Shown here one piece after another: positions 24,101-36,565 of a stretch of 64,000 nt of DNA. Below the pieces are notes generated by a model. The model saw nothing but the letters and a program-made list of their open reading frames with translations, was not told where the DNA came from and searched no databases. The position numbers and the translations under genes are program-made. Position 1 is the stretch's first letter, and the number at the start of each line of letters is the position of its first letter. Origin of the DNA: Antedon mediterranea (Eukaryota; Animalia; Echinodermata); assembly GCF_964355755.1 (NCBI RefSeq), contig NC_092672.1, positions 744,001-808,000 of the forward strand. Direction: 5' to 3'.

Positions 24101-27100
24101 AGGCTAACTTGACTGCCATTGCATTCTCCAGTTGGTGAATCTCAGAGGAAATATCCAAAGAATGCCGAGTTGACATTTCTTCAACTATAGCACACAAATT
24201 GCTGCTATCAGGGATAAAGTCATACGGAGCAGAGTGACCCAGCAGAGTGTCTTTGGGTTCAAAGGCTAACTTGACTGCCATTGCATTCTCCGGTTGGTGA
24301 ATTTCGGAGGACATATCCAAAGAAAGCTGAGTTGACATTTCTTCAACTATAGCACACAAATTGCTGCCATCAGGGATAATGTCATCTGGATCAGTGTGAC
24401 CCAGCAGAGTTTTGTCGGAGTCAAAGGTCATCTGGGCAACATCAGCAGTCTCATTATTTTTAGGGGTAATTTCAGAGACAGTGCCAAATTTATCGTTATG
24501 GAGATCAGTTTTCTCTGAAGGAAAATCTTCAAAAACATTTGATTTAAGAACTGTTTCTTCATTTATATCAATATTCTCCAAAGAATTTTTCTCAAAGTTG
24601 TTTCTGCTATTTTCAAACCGTGGTTCATCTTCATCTTTCTTTCCTTGAGCTATTTTACAACAACAATAATGTCACTAATAAGTACTGTAAACAATACACT
24701 ACAAATAAACAAAGTTTTATTTGAAACTACTGTACAAGGAATAATTGCACCTGTACATGATCAAAATAACATAATCCTAAAATTGGCCAGATTTATGTAG
24801 ACTATGAAGATGAAGTGAAACTTATATCTATTGAACAATGCAAGAATTTTGATTATAAAATAATTAAACGGAAACAATGAATTTTGTAAAGACACTTTTG
24901 GAAAAAAGTACTTATAATGAATAAATGTTAATGAGAATCATATGCTCCACAATCTATACAGTCAACTTTACCAAAACAAGATTTTCCAAATACAAGAACT
25001 CTACAAAGAATGGATTGTGTCCCACACCCAAAACATTCATTCTTTAAAATTCGAACCTAAAGATTTTGATCCAGAATGAGTTTGGCAGAATTGACTGTAC
25101 TAAATATGACATTGATTTACACACATGCTTGAAGCTAAAAGAGCAGCGATGCAAAGCAAACCTTTATCTTTCACTGTCACTCTGATAGTCATAGTATTCT
25201 GTGATTGTTGGACCTCATTCAAAGAAGGAAACACATTGTCCTCAAGAGCACTGCCATTTGAATCAGAGCTACTCTTGTCAACATCCTGAGGAGCAGTACC
25301 ATAAAGGGTGTTCCTTTGAAGGGTAGGAATGTGAGGGGTAGTGCCTTGAGGAATAGTGCCTTGAAGGGGATGAGAAACTTTTGTTACACCTAGATTCAGC
25401 CCTGTAAATATGATAAATTAGACTAGATATGTTATTATTAATTTTAGCTAAAGAAAATAACAGAAAACCTTTTTTAAATATTTATAATACAAGGAAGAAG
25501 TTTTAACAAGAATTCTGTTATTTTTCGGAGATTAGACTTCAATTGTTTGACTGAATAACTAATCTCACTTAATGAAAAAAGTAAAAAAAGTGAAGCAAAA
25601 TTTAACGTGAAATTGCTTAATTTAGAATGAATACATTTATAACTAACCTGTATCATTATCTCTTTCATCTTCAACTGAAATAAATTCTTCATTTTTTCTT
25701 TTAACCATTTGTTCGACCGGTTGCTTTCTCCGATGTACGCATCTGCGTAGTTCTCTCCTGCCGTGATGTGCATCTTCAAATGCTCTCCTTGGATGTGGAG
25801 GTGGTGATGGCGTCGAGTCACGATCAGCAAGACTGATTGAGCTAACAAAGTTTGTGTAGTGAGGAACTTTGCCACGTCGTATCTTTAAATAAAAAACAAA
25901 TTAATAACAGTTAACACACTAAAGAGATAAAATGATTAAAAAGAAAGAAATGGCCTCTGTATTGAAAATCACAGTACTAATGTTTTTCTGAAAGATTTAA
26001 CTTCCACTGAAATCGTTACAGGAAAAAATAAGTTCCTAAATGACCGGATCATGATTTAAATAATAAATTTGAATTATAAAACACAATCAAAGAAGAGAAA
26101 TACAAATCTATAAACATAACAAAATCCACAATATTTTTTTGCAAAATAAAAAACAATTTAAAGTAAATTATAATTTTGGAATATAAAACACAAATAAATA
26201 GAAGAAAAAGCAATAAATGATAAAAAACACTAATATTTCTTGTAAAAAATTAAATAGAAATACAAAATACTACCAGAAGTGTGTTGTAAAGTGCTTGCAG
26301 CATGATTACTACTAAATACAGTATAATAGTACTAACTGATGTCTCTCTTTGTCTCTGAAGAGAAAAACTTATTCACACTTTGGAAAATAGTTTGACAAAA
26401 GAGACTTAAATGACGTTAAACTCAATTGTGTACTTACATTGTTATGTCTTGGTAATTGGAAGTATTCTCTTCTCTACAAAAAGAGAGATAAAAATTGGTT
26501 AAATAAGCAAATGTTCTACAGTTTTTACCTGCTTATTACTAATGGTCCAAATTTATTGTGCTTGATAAATTCTGAGTGCTAATGTCCTTTCTAAACTCAT
26601 AATTAATATAAGTTTAAGTAGGTTTGTGTAGTTCACATATTATTTAGATAAATATTATAGGCTCCAACTATATTTGTAAATTTACAAACATTATAAACAA
26701 TTTTAGCTAATTGTGTAGAACATTTCATCAGATACACTTTTAAATAAAAAGTAGGCCTTAGGTGCTCATTGGCTGGTAATATTAAAAATATTTTCTTCTG
26801 TGAAAAACAAGAGAAAGTATGCACATGTTAAATACAATGTTTAAAAAAGGCAGTAATATACAGTATATCTAGGATAAGCATGAACAATATATAACATGTC
26901 AAAAGCTATAGAAAACTACAAAACTATGGTTACTACAACACAATACACAGGAAGTAGTCACCATAGAAACCGATAAAAACAAACTACAGAATACAAGTTT
27001 GATCCATTTCAATGATATCACAATGAAAAAGGATTTTAGTTTATTGTGAACAATATTTTCTAGGCTAGTAATTTTTCTTTCAAAAAATACACTCCTCTAT

Positions 27101-28780
27101 CATTATGGTTTGACAAGTAAGATATTCTTCAACTTTATTTTTACTTGTAAAATACATGAACATTGCATTACATTTTTGAAAAATAAATAAAAAATTGTTG
27201 TTTTTTAAAATGTTTTATATCTTTGTCACAGAATGAAAGAATGAATAGAAATGGGCTACACCACAATTGAGAAAAAAAAGGATATAAAAAAAATATTTAT
27301 ATTTTATAATTATTATAATATTATTCCAATTCAGATAGATCCGACTAAGTGAAAAAAAATGTAGGAACTTCCAGATCATGATCCAAAGAGACCTTAAAGA
27401 ACTCCAAACCAAACGGAGGATTAAAATAGGATACTCATCTCAGAGATATTTTAAAAGAGGAATATGATACTGTATGATTGTTGTGTGTAGAGTTATAACC
27501 TAGCAATATTTATTGATGGGAACGGTAAGACTAAACTGGTTTATGCATCATCATCAATCAATGACCAACTGATCCCAACCATCTGAAGCATCATAGTAAG
27601 AAAGCATGCTAAGCAAATTAAATGAATGACGTTTTAAGTGTTTCCACTCATTATTTACTTAGTATGTTACTTATTTACCAGTCTCTTTCTGTTAATGGTA
27701 CTCTAGGAAAAGCAAGGTAAAGTGCTTCTAAGTATAAAAGCAATTAAATTTCCCTTCCAAGAATAATACTACAGTACCTCATTTGACTTATTTTAAATGA
27801 ACACACCTGAGCACAGAAGGTATATTGAGATTCATTCATGGACTTTTTTTATTGCACAAAATGTATTGCTTTATTCCTCGCATAACTGATGATCTTAAGC
27901 TCTGTCTACACTATCAAACTAGACAAAAAGTGAGATGGCCCAAATATGGTAGTGATATGCCTAAATATGGTAGTGATATGACATCATGTCCATATATGGG
28001 CACATCACATTTTTTGTCATAAAGTTTGATAGTGTAGACAGAGATAGGCCTACTATGATTATAGAACCATATATTCACAAAAATTCAATGAATAACCTCC
28101 TCTTAACAACAAATTATTAAATTAGATTTATTTAATTGCTGATTTGAGTAAAGATACTCCTTCTTTAAATAAAATAAACATAAAAAAAAAATTATCTTAT
28201 CATTTAACCCTACCGTTGGTGGTGCAGTTTGCGGACGTGTCCAAAACACATAGCGCTCAAAATGCGATGGCAACAAAGTTGCAAGAAGACCAGTAGAAGA
28301 AGTTGGTCTGAAACTACTACTGGACGGCGGTCTACAATCGACTGGACAATACAAGCAACTTCCATTTTCCATCGACGCTAAACTTTCAAGTTCTTCATAA
28401 TATTTCTTATAGAGCGGACTATTTTGAATATTTTCCTGATCTGATGATTGGGTCGCAAAACGAGCACTTTGTGTACGTCTGTGTCGGAGAGGAGTTCTCG
28501 TCGAGCTCTGTGAATCCACCCTGTAATTGTAACAATCAACTTTCTCATGCCGGTATATTTGGGTACTTGGTGGTCGAGCGCTTTTGGGTCGATTTGAAGG
28601 TTGAAAATTGACAGGAGTCGTAACTCTTCGGTGTGTGGCACTCTTCACTCGTCTTGTTTGTTGACGAGTACTGTGGGTACTCGATGGTCGACTACGGTTC
28701 CTGACGTCATTGCGATAAAAGTTTTCTCTCTCAAAATTCTTGTAACCCTGTGACAACCAGGGTGTATTTGGATCCAACAT
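18116..28780 (-). CDS. Multi-exon gene, ~1060 aa: low-complexity RPxS/T N-terminus, acidic/Pro-rich middle, C-terminal EF-hand-containing domain
   Basis: GT-AG, phase-consistent exons: 28780-28214, 27702-27679, 26473-26438, 25882-25648, 25401-25162, 24649-23927, 23040-22937, 22810-22472, 21255-21124, 21033-20966, 20739-20640, 20306-20298, 19662-19567, 19192-18980, 18737-18574, 18248-18116 (sum 3183 nt). EF loop DKDNDGVISLKE; ends ...ELRRLLYQL*. 5'UTR exon donor at 29091-29092. Confidence 0.8.
18424..18521. repeat. Intronic tandem duplication, ~49 bp x2
   Basis: GATGGTTATGATGATTGTTTGACTAGA.TGGATGCTAACAAGCTAACAA occurs twice in a row. Confidence 0.85.
21325..22412 (+). mobile_element. Solo LTR (1088 bp) with 5-bp TSD ATATG
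   Basis: ATATG|TGTAAG...TGTACA|ATATG; TGTA..TACA termini; AATAAA at ~22329; no ORF; intronic. Confidence 0.85.
23940..24430 (-). repeat. Coding tandem repeat, 162 bp (54 aa) x3, inside exon 24649-23927
   Basis: KDTLLGHSAPDDFIPDSSNLCAIVEEMSTRHSLDISSEIHQLENAMAVKLAFEP repeated. Confidence 0.9.
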
Positions 28781-29379
28781 CACTTACAAACTACAAAGAA
28801 AGATGAGAAAACTATCTAACTATTAAACTAGTTTATTTGGTTTACCAGAAGGTAACATTTTTTTAATTACATAAAGAAGCCCAAAAAGCAGTATCTATTT
28901 TGTTTTAATGTAGTGTAAACAATATACAGCATATCTATCTATCATGTACAAAAACAAAAATGGTCACACTAATATCGATTACGATGAGATCCAGTCTCCA
29001 GTTGTTTTTCTGGTGTCTACTTATAACTAAAATTACAAAAAAGTAGATACACATAATACATTTTTGTCTAATAATTATAGAGTAATTCTCACCTTCCAAT
29101 CGAAGCTAGGCTTACGATTTCACATGGCTCACTTGCTCTGCTCGGGCTAAACTTCCAACAAAGTGACTTGAACTTTTGTATACTAACTAACCAGTCTTAC
29201 AGTACTAAACAAGTTCTTAACTCAGTAATTGGACGGTCTCTTATTGAAAATAATTTAATCTCAAACAAAAAGTAACTCGCAGATGACTACGCTTTGTTGA
29301 TGAACAAACCCAAATTTGGACAAAAGAACACAAAAAAATGTAATTTATAAACAACACATAACAAACACCAAGGTAAATA

Positions 29380-29520
29380 CCGATAAGGCAATCAAAGCAT
29401 ACAGCCCGCCCTCTAAAGTAGATTAGACCATAGCAACAAAGTTATTACTTAACGCGTTTACCGTTGCTAAGCAGGTATATCCCTATTAAAGGCGGTTTTA
29501 TTGCCAATCATGCGATCTTA
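29380..29520. promoter_or_regulatory. Candidate bidirectional promoter with RFX X-box-like, GC-box and CCAAT motifs
   Basis: CCGCCC ~29406, ACCATAGCAAC ~29427, GTTGCTAAG ~29463 and GCCAATCA ~29503, between two divergent genes. Confidence 0.5.
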
Positions 29521-30058
29521 GATGATCAAAATTAGTTCATTAGTAGTCTTAGATTATTAACATAAGGTTAATCTTTAAGAATCAACTTTGTAGTTTGATT
29601 TATTTTTGTTTACAACAGTTTTGAAAGTTATATCAATATCAACCCCGGAAGTGCTTTTCAAACAATACAGTACTTCTCTCAATATCTCTCATTGTGACGC
29701 TGTTGTGTTTATTGTTCATAGTTCAATAGTTGTCGTGGGCAGTCTGAGTAGGCCTAACAGTAGTAGTCTCACTGTCATGCATGCTGTTTCAGGAACAAAT
29801 TGAGGCGTCATCATTACATATATTTACTAGGCCTTATACTGGTGGTTAACTTAAATTCGGTGGCATAGAGAGTCTGCATGAACAGTACAGCCAGACAGAC
29901 AGACGTCGGACTAAGTGTTGAATGAATCATTTGCTGCCCGATGTGAAGTTAAGGAATAGACTTTGACATAGGCCTAAATAGCTCTATGGCTAAAGAATTG
30001 GATCGTTTTATGTCTCGCTGAAATATTTGTTTAAATAATTGTTGCGTGATCAGGGACA

Positions 30059-30877
30059 ATGCCACTCAAAAAAGGCAAGAAAAAGAGTGGTGGAAAGCGA
30101 AAAAAGTCAGGTAAGAAGAAGCTTACAAAAGCAGAAAGAGAGAAAGAAAAACTAGAAAAGGCAACCGAACTGCTCGTATCCAATGAAGATTCTTTCGACA
30201 GTTTTGTGGACCGTATGGACAGATGGTTAACCAGCAACACACATAAAGCTATCGAGTTATTTCGCAAATGTGACGTTGATGGAGATGGTGTATTAACGTA
30301 TGATGAATTCAAAGCTGGTATGATTGACTTAGAAGCACCTTGCTCGAGCGTAGAACTGCACGCACTCGCAAAGAACATTGATAAGGATCAGGATGGCACT
30401 ATAGACTATCTCGAGTTTTCCAAAGGATTGAGATACACTGAACATACTTATGAACGCCCTCTTCTGGTTACCACCAGAGTGGAATCACAACCATGTTCTG
30501 TTTGCAAAGTTAGTCTCTGGCAGCCCTCTGTGGTTCACAGACCTACCTACATCAAGCTGCATCTTCGTCTGACAACTTTCGACAATTTACGCTCGTATCC
30601 AGGGCACTTTACCGTCAAAGTTAACTCTCACATCTCCATATATGGCATCATAGAAATTATCAAAGAAGAAATGCATTTATCATCAACTAACATTAAAGTT
30701 TTTCGCGGGAAAGTTCGAGATGTGTGCAATCTTTTAGAAGCGGACGATACTTTGGACAGTTTGGGCTATTTAGGAGGAACGAAAAACGAACCTGAAGATT
30801 TGACGTTGTATTATGATTATACGACAGACTTTCACAGTTGTCCGGTTCTTCTCACTGATCATTATTTTATTAAATAA
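30059..30877 (+). CDS. EF-hand protein with Lys-rich N-terminus and probable ubiquitin-like C-terminal domain; intronless CDS
   Basis: 272-aa ORF; EF loops DVDGDGVLTYDE and DKDQDGTIDYLE; C-terminal FTVKVNSHISIYGIIEIIK...DDTLDSLG...LTLYYDY has a beta-grasp-like pattern (inference). Confidence 0.85.
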   Translation: MPLKKGKKKSGGKRKKSGKKKLTKAEREKEKLEKATELLVSNEDSFDSFVDRMDRWLTSNTHKAIELFRKCDVDGDGVLTYDEFKAGMIDLEAPCSSVELHALAKNIDKDQDGTIDYLEFSKGLRYTEHTYERPLLVTTRVESQPCSVCKVSLWQPSVVHRPTYIKLHLRLTTFDNLRSYPGHFTVKVNSHISIYGIIEIIKEEMHLSSTNIKVFRGKVRDVCNLLEADDTLDSLGYLGGTKNEPEDLTLYYDYTTDFHSCPVLLTDHYFIK

Positions 30878-30944
30878 CAGCGTTCTTTGAAATTGAATAT
30901 AAAGACAATATAAAGAATCTGTATACGAAACAATTAGAGCCACA

Positions 30945-31650
30945 GAGCGCGTAGCTTGTTGCCACTGTTATTTTATTCACGCGAATCGGAAGTGTCGGTG
31001 TGACGTGTGGGTGCTTCGTTCTTTACGTTTCATCTCATGGATATGATCGGTTTACGCGAATAAATTCGTCTAGTGGCATGGAAAACAACAGGCTTTAGAG
31101 AGAAATACGTTGTAAATAAAATACTGTAGTGTACTGAGAAAACTTAAAAGATCAGTTCAGATCACAGAGTAGTGGGGGTGTGTGAGTAGTTAGAAGAAAA
31201 CAGCTGCAGACAATCTCAATAAAAATGTAAATTAATGTAAATATTTAATGATTTTTTACAATAATTTATTACAATTGGTTTTCTATGATGTAACAATGAT
31301 TAGTGTTTTCAGGTCAATAAATGATAACCTAACTAAATAAAATGAGTTTCATTTATTTATTTGAGCATTTTTTATATGCAATTCAATCTTGGATTAAATC
31401 ATAGAGACTTGTGATGGAATCGAACCACATCACATGATATTATATTAACCCAGTCTTTTTTCCCATCATACGAAGTCTACTACAGTACTCCTAATGGCTG
31501 TTTTCAACTAGGTGAATCTATTCGCGCGAATCGAACATTCCTGAGCTTTGATTGGTTGGACATTGTTTCCGCATTACAAACACGTTAGACTCATATTAGT
31601 CAACGGTATACCTATTCGCGCGAATACATTTGCGGAAACAGACTTAATGA
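30945..31650. mobile_element. Two degraded MITE copies sharing the ATTCGCGCGAAT motif (~30945-31095 and ~31495-31648)
   Basis: The palindromic ATTCGCGCGAAT or a variant lies near both ends of each copy; the termini are imperfectly inverted. Confidence 0.45.
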
Positions 31651-32226
31651 TTACCTAAACATTATCCCTAATCATTTGACATTTACTGCATTCCCAAAAA
31701 AGTCATTATTATAATGTGCTGCTATTACGATGGTCGTTTCGGTAATTACCAACAAAATAATGGTCTCTTTAATTTACGTGGATTCAGTATACGTAAATAT
31801 AGGGTCGATTTCATTATTGGTTACATACATGATTTATGTTAATTTAATGCTTTGAACATTGATGCATAGAGCTCTGTCTACCCCATCAAACTTTATGTGA
31901 CAAAAATTAGAAATTGGAGAGCCTCTCTCTTTTATTTTTGTTATAACATTTAGGTAATCTCGGGGGTAATTCTGCCTCATCGATTTACATTTGTTTTGTC
32001 TGTATGTTCGTTTTTGTTTTCTATATTAGGGCGAAATGAATTAAATGATTTGATAAAATGTAGAGGTTTGAATTGAGTGTTGATTATGTTTGTGTGTCTC
32101 ACTTGCCACTTATGTTGGGTACCTCATATTTAGGCAAATATCTGTATAACTGTGGTTATAGTCTCTGGAATAGGCTTTTTCTCATCTTTTGTTTACCCAA
32201 TTTTTACCAGACAGAACACGGATAGA

Positions 32227-32482
32227 ATTCACAGTATATGGTTATACAATGTACCACTTTAAATGCATATACGTGTGTCAGTTGTGATAAAATTCACAGT
32301 ATATGGTTATATGTACCACTTTAAATGCATATAATAATACGTGTGTCAGTTGTGATAAAATTCACAGTATATGGTTATACAATGTACCACTTTGAATGCA
32401 CGTGTGTCAGTTGTGATAAAATTCACAGTATATGGTTATACAATGTACCACTTTGAATGCACGTGTGTCAGTTGTGATAAAA
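32227..32482. repeat. Tandem repeat, ~61-68 bp x4
   Basis: AATTCACAGTATATGGTTATACAATGTACCACTTTGAATGCACGTGTGTCAGTTGTGATAA units. Confidence 0.9.
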
Positions 32483-33275
32483 TATCGACAACTATTATCT
32501 TATTTCATAACACTGACATTCTAAATGTACAAAAACAATGCAAAAAGTACAATGTGACATTCCAAGACCTGGTTTCATTTCTAGAAATTAAAGAACTTAA
32601 CGGCTTTGGAGACAATTTAACATCAATGCAAAATATTCTAGTAATTTGACACGTGGATCCGTCCGTCGCTTGTGATTGCTCGTACGCCCTTGCGCTGCGT
32701 CCAGTTGAGAGAACCAAGCTTTAAGCTCTGTCTACACTATCAAACTTGATGTTATATGACCACCACATTTGGGCACATCACAATACAATGTTATTCTGTA
32801 TTTTGTTATAAAGGAAATATTATAGTTGCTTTTATATTAATAGCTCGCATTTTCGAACCGGTATTCACTACTACTGACTGTACCATCTTAAGTAATAATG
32901 TTCCGTATAAACACAATCTTATTTATGTGCATTTTTTCTGTGTCGCGATCGAAGATATTTTAGTGCGTTTTGTGTTAAAACATTTTGAATAAAATAATAA
33001 TGCAAAAACTTGAATAAATACGGTCGTGCTGGATTTAATTTATGTAGGCCTAATGCTGAAAAAATGTTGAGACATTAGTGAAAAGGTTCATCTAGATTGT
33101 ATTTTTAAAGTTAAACAATTGTTGGTTCCTAATGTTATCTTTCATTGATTACAGTCACCGGGTGGTGTCAAAATATTGATTCTTATTACCGAACGTGGTG
33201 GTATATATTACGATTGTATTTTCTTATTTGCAGCTAATCAATACAAATATTATATACTAATCAATACACGCCTAA

Positions 33276-34098
33276 GGGCCTGTTTCTGCTGCAACTGCTC
33301 AAAATACGGTATAAAAATACGGTATAAAATACGGTATTTTTTATACCGTATTTTTTAGTACCCCGTTTCTGCTAACAATACTTCTTGGGTGGTCGTGTTA
33401 AATTTCATCTTTTTTACCCAAATTGCCATTCATTTATTTGATCGATAATTAAAAGTCGCAATAAAGGAAGTTTTACGTCTCACTTTCAACAGCCTAGCCC
33501 TAGTGATAGAGATGTTGTGAGAGCACAGAAAACATCGTAATGGGGACAATTAATTTGTTCCCTCCCCGAGTTATTGTATTTTGCAATGTTGTACTGCTTT
33601 CGCAGGCTCTTCAGCTTTGAGTTTACTTGCTTTGGAGACAAGTCTATTCCATACTCCTGCTTTATTTTTTTAGAAATGTCTTTATAAATGTGGTTGTCCC
33701 TTTTATTACCTTTTAGTTGGTCAGACATTTTAGCTTCCCCACACACATTTATTTAGTAAAACTGTGACTTATTCGCTCCACATTTTCGCCGAATATATCT
33801 ATACATGTGTGTAAAGCAGCTAACAGCGACAGAAAATAAAAACACGAATGGTGACCTTTTGTCATGTAAAAAAAAAAAACGGTATTTTTTATTGGCAGCA
33901 GAAACGGGTACAAAAAATACGGTATAAATTTGTAAATACCGTATTTTATCCACAAATTTTGTGGGGAAAATACGGTATACAAAATACGGTATATTTTTTA
34001 TGAGCGCAGTTTCTGCTGCCAAAAATATACCGTATATATACGGTATTCAAAAAATACCGTATAATATACGGTATTTAGTTGGCAGCAGAAACAGGGCC
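33276..34098 (-). mobile_element. Non-autonomous PIF/Harbinger element carrying a Myb/SANT (trihelix) remnant
   Basis: TAA TSD on both sides; TIR GG(G/C)CCTGTTTCTGCTGC(C)AACT; subterminal AATACGGTAT repeats; ORF 33486-33746 KRDNHIYKDISKKI...KQVNSKLKSLRKQY...CPHYD. Confidence 0.85.
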
Positions 34099-34378
34099 TA
34101 ACTCGCTTCATGATTCTGGAGTATTTTCGGATAAGGACTATAAACCGTAAGTCCAGTGTACATATTTGGGTCATGTACTTAGTACATCTTTCGCGACGAG
34201 TAGGGGCTTACCATAGTGTACTAGTATACACACAGACACTCTTAACTCATCAAGAGGGCCCCTTGATTGTCAGGATACGCTGTTTAGGATCACCCTCTAT
34301 AAATAAGGTGAAATGAAACATAAAAAAACCAAATCAATGCAACTAATCAATGAAGCACAAACAATAATTAATTCTTAC

Positions 34379-34816
34379 CTTTCCCTTTTTTATCCGATGA
34401 CATTTATCTGACGTCAACTGTCGAACATCTGACAACATGGGTGTTAAATTGGGGCACGGGCTTGTCGAAAACCGACCCCTAACGAAGCAATGATTAGGGT
34501 AGCAGTGAACATCTTGGACATACTCTCCACCAGCCCATGGTGTTCCTATACACCTGCTTGGAGAAACAACACTCCTTTCGGAAGTAAACTCATCCACATA
34601 AAGTCCAGACATTTGCTGATTGCCGCAGCTAGCAACCCGACGCATATCGGTGTGTTTTGTTGCCTCTTCTGCTGTGTGTGATATACGAACTTTAGGGAGG
34701 GACGTCGTCCTTTTCAGAATGTCCGCCGCGCTGTGAGATTGACGCAAACGATACGTGGTTGTCTCTCGTCTTATTTTACGACTCTGCCGTCTGTTATCAA
34801 GAAACAATTCAGCCAT
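34379..34816 (-). CDS. Probable first coding exon of an uncharacterised Arg/Ser-rich protein
   Basis: ATCATGGCT start, 146 open codons at raised GC, strong donor AAG|GTAAGA. A possible short last exon starts at ~33233 (LQIRKYNRNIYHHVR*) but is uncertain. Confidence 0.55.
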
Positions 34817-35487
34817 GATGGTTTTATAAATATCCGAAATAATAATTAAAAGCACTCTCCACTCCGGAATAAACAGATTTCAGAATTCTAATTACAGCTG
34901 TATCGCCCGCTCCCATAACAAACAGACGATGAGCAGTTCAGTTTGAGTTGTGTCGGCATCGACGTGATTTTCGAAGAATATAAATATATGTAGGCTGTAT
35001 TACTTTAATAAGTCGCAATATCCCATTTTAAATGTGTTAGAATAGTGTTATAGACACATAGAAACAGCTATTAATCTTCAATGTTGCATTCTCAAATTCG
35101 TCATTTTTACCTGGGAATCAATTGATTGTTATTTTCAACGCGTAAACGACGTGTAGCGCCAGCCAGGTGTTTCGAAATCACGTAAGATTAGGCTAATCCA
35201 GTGTAGATTAAAAAATCAATGAAAGAGTTCATTTTCTATGATTTACTCGTAAAGAAGTTGCCATGAGCGCATCTATTATACACCCGCGAGAAAGAGAAAC
35301 AAATACATCCGTACGAAATTGTAGGTTTGTAGACGACCAATGAAACGTCAGCAATTTCCACACGTGACTGAAATAATGACGTAATAATCTGAAACAATAA
35401 CAAAACATATCAATATTGTCTTTTGATGAGGTCTAATTTCAAAATTAATTTCTGTGAAGGTATTGTGCTAAATGGAAGTGCAAGCTT

Positions 35488-35646
35488 AAATAAACCTTGA
35501 TTTCCGATTGGACGCAACGCAAGGACGTAAACACTAATTTGACCAATCACAAGCGATGGTATTCGAACAGTCCCGTGTCTTTTGTCAACTCGCTTGCGTT
35601 GCGCGTACGTCCTTGCGTTGCGTCTTTAGTGGGAAATACGCTTTAA
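35488..35646. mobile_element. MITE (GACGCAACGCAAGGACGTA family); fragments at ~32650-32722, ~37105-37200 and ~39690-39810
   Basis: Inverted GACGCAACGCAAGGACGTA / TACGTCCTTGCGTTGCGTC; the internal TTGACCAATCACAAGC is shared between copies. Confidence 0.65.
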
Positions 35647-36319
35647 AGAAGTTTGCGTATTGCCAGTTGATTTGTACCTTGGATTGTGCGTGACTTACTT
35701 TATATACAGGTGTAAAATATCCCTCAGTTTATCCGTAATGCTATCGTGCGATTACGGTAATCAATCACGTATACAAACAGAGAACGTCACACGACCATTC
35801 CTTTAATGAGAGAAATTGCAACAACAAGCTTGACGATGAAAAGGAGCCGAATCCTGCCTTTTAATTTACGAATCCTTAAAGTTGTTGCTGCACTTCAATA
35901 TTACTGTATACAGGCAAACGCAGCTGTTCGTATATCAGGCTCCTGAGGAGAGAGCGAGACACAATGCACATGAAGGTGATTCAAAATTCACTTTTACACG
36001 TTGAAAGCTGCGAGCAACGTGATCGTTACGCGATATATTACATACTCGTTACATTCAATACAGTGACATATAGATGGTTTTATGTATATTGATTACAGCG
36101 TGGTAGTGTTGCTATGGTAACATCAATAACGCTTCCGAATGTCTATATATTTCAATCAAGCACCGTGACCGTACAGTAATATAAATTTAATATACATTAA
36201 ATGTAGTGATTATTATTGACAAAATGCTCGTATATGTGACAATAAAAGTGTTGTTGAATATTAATTTCAACGAATATAAAGGAAACGCGTTTTGGTAAAA
36301 CGTGCGTTTGCGTTTACTG

Positions 36320-36565
36320 CACTCGAGGTTGAATAAAACGCGTTAACTCGATGTTGAATAAAATGCGTTACTTCGAGGTTGAATAAAACGCGTTAACTCG
36401 AGGTTGAGAATAAAATGCGTTACCTCGAGGTTGAATAAAACGCGTTACCTCGAGGTTGAATAAAACGCGTTAACACTAAGTTGAATAAAATGAGTTACCT
36501 CGAGGTTAAATAAAACGCGTAACTAGAGGTTGAATAAAACGCGTAACTCGAGGTTAAATAAAACG
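36320..36565. repeat. Minisatellite, ~25 bp x ~10
   Basis: CGAGGTTGAATAAAACGCGTTAACT units. Confidence 0.9.
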
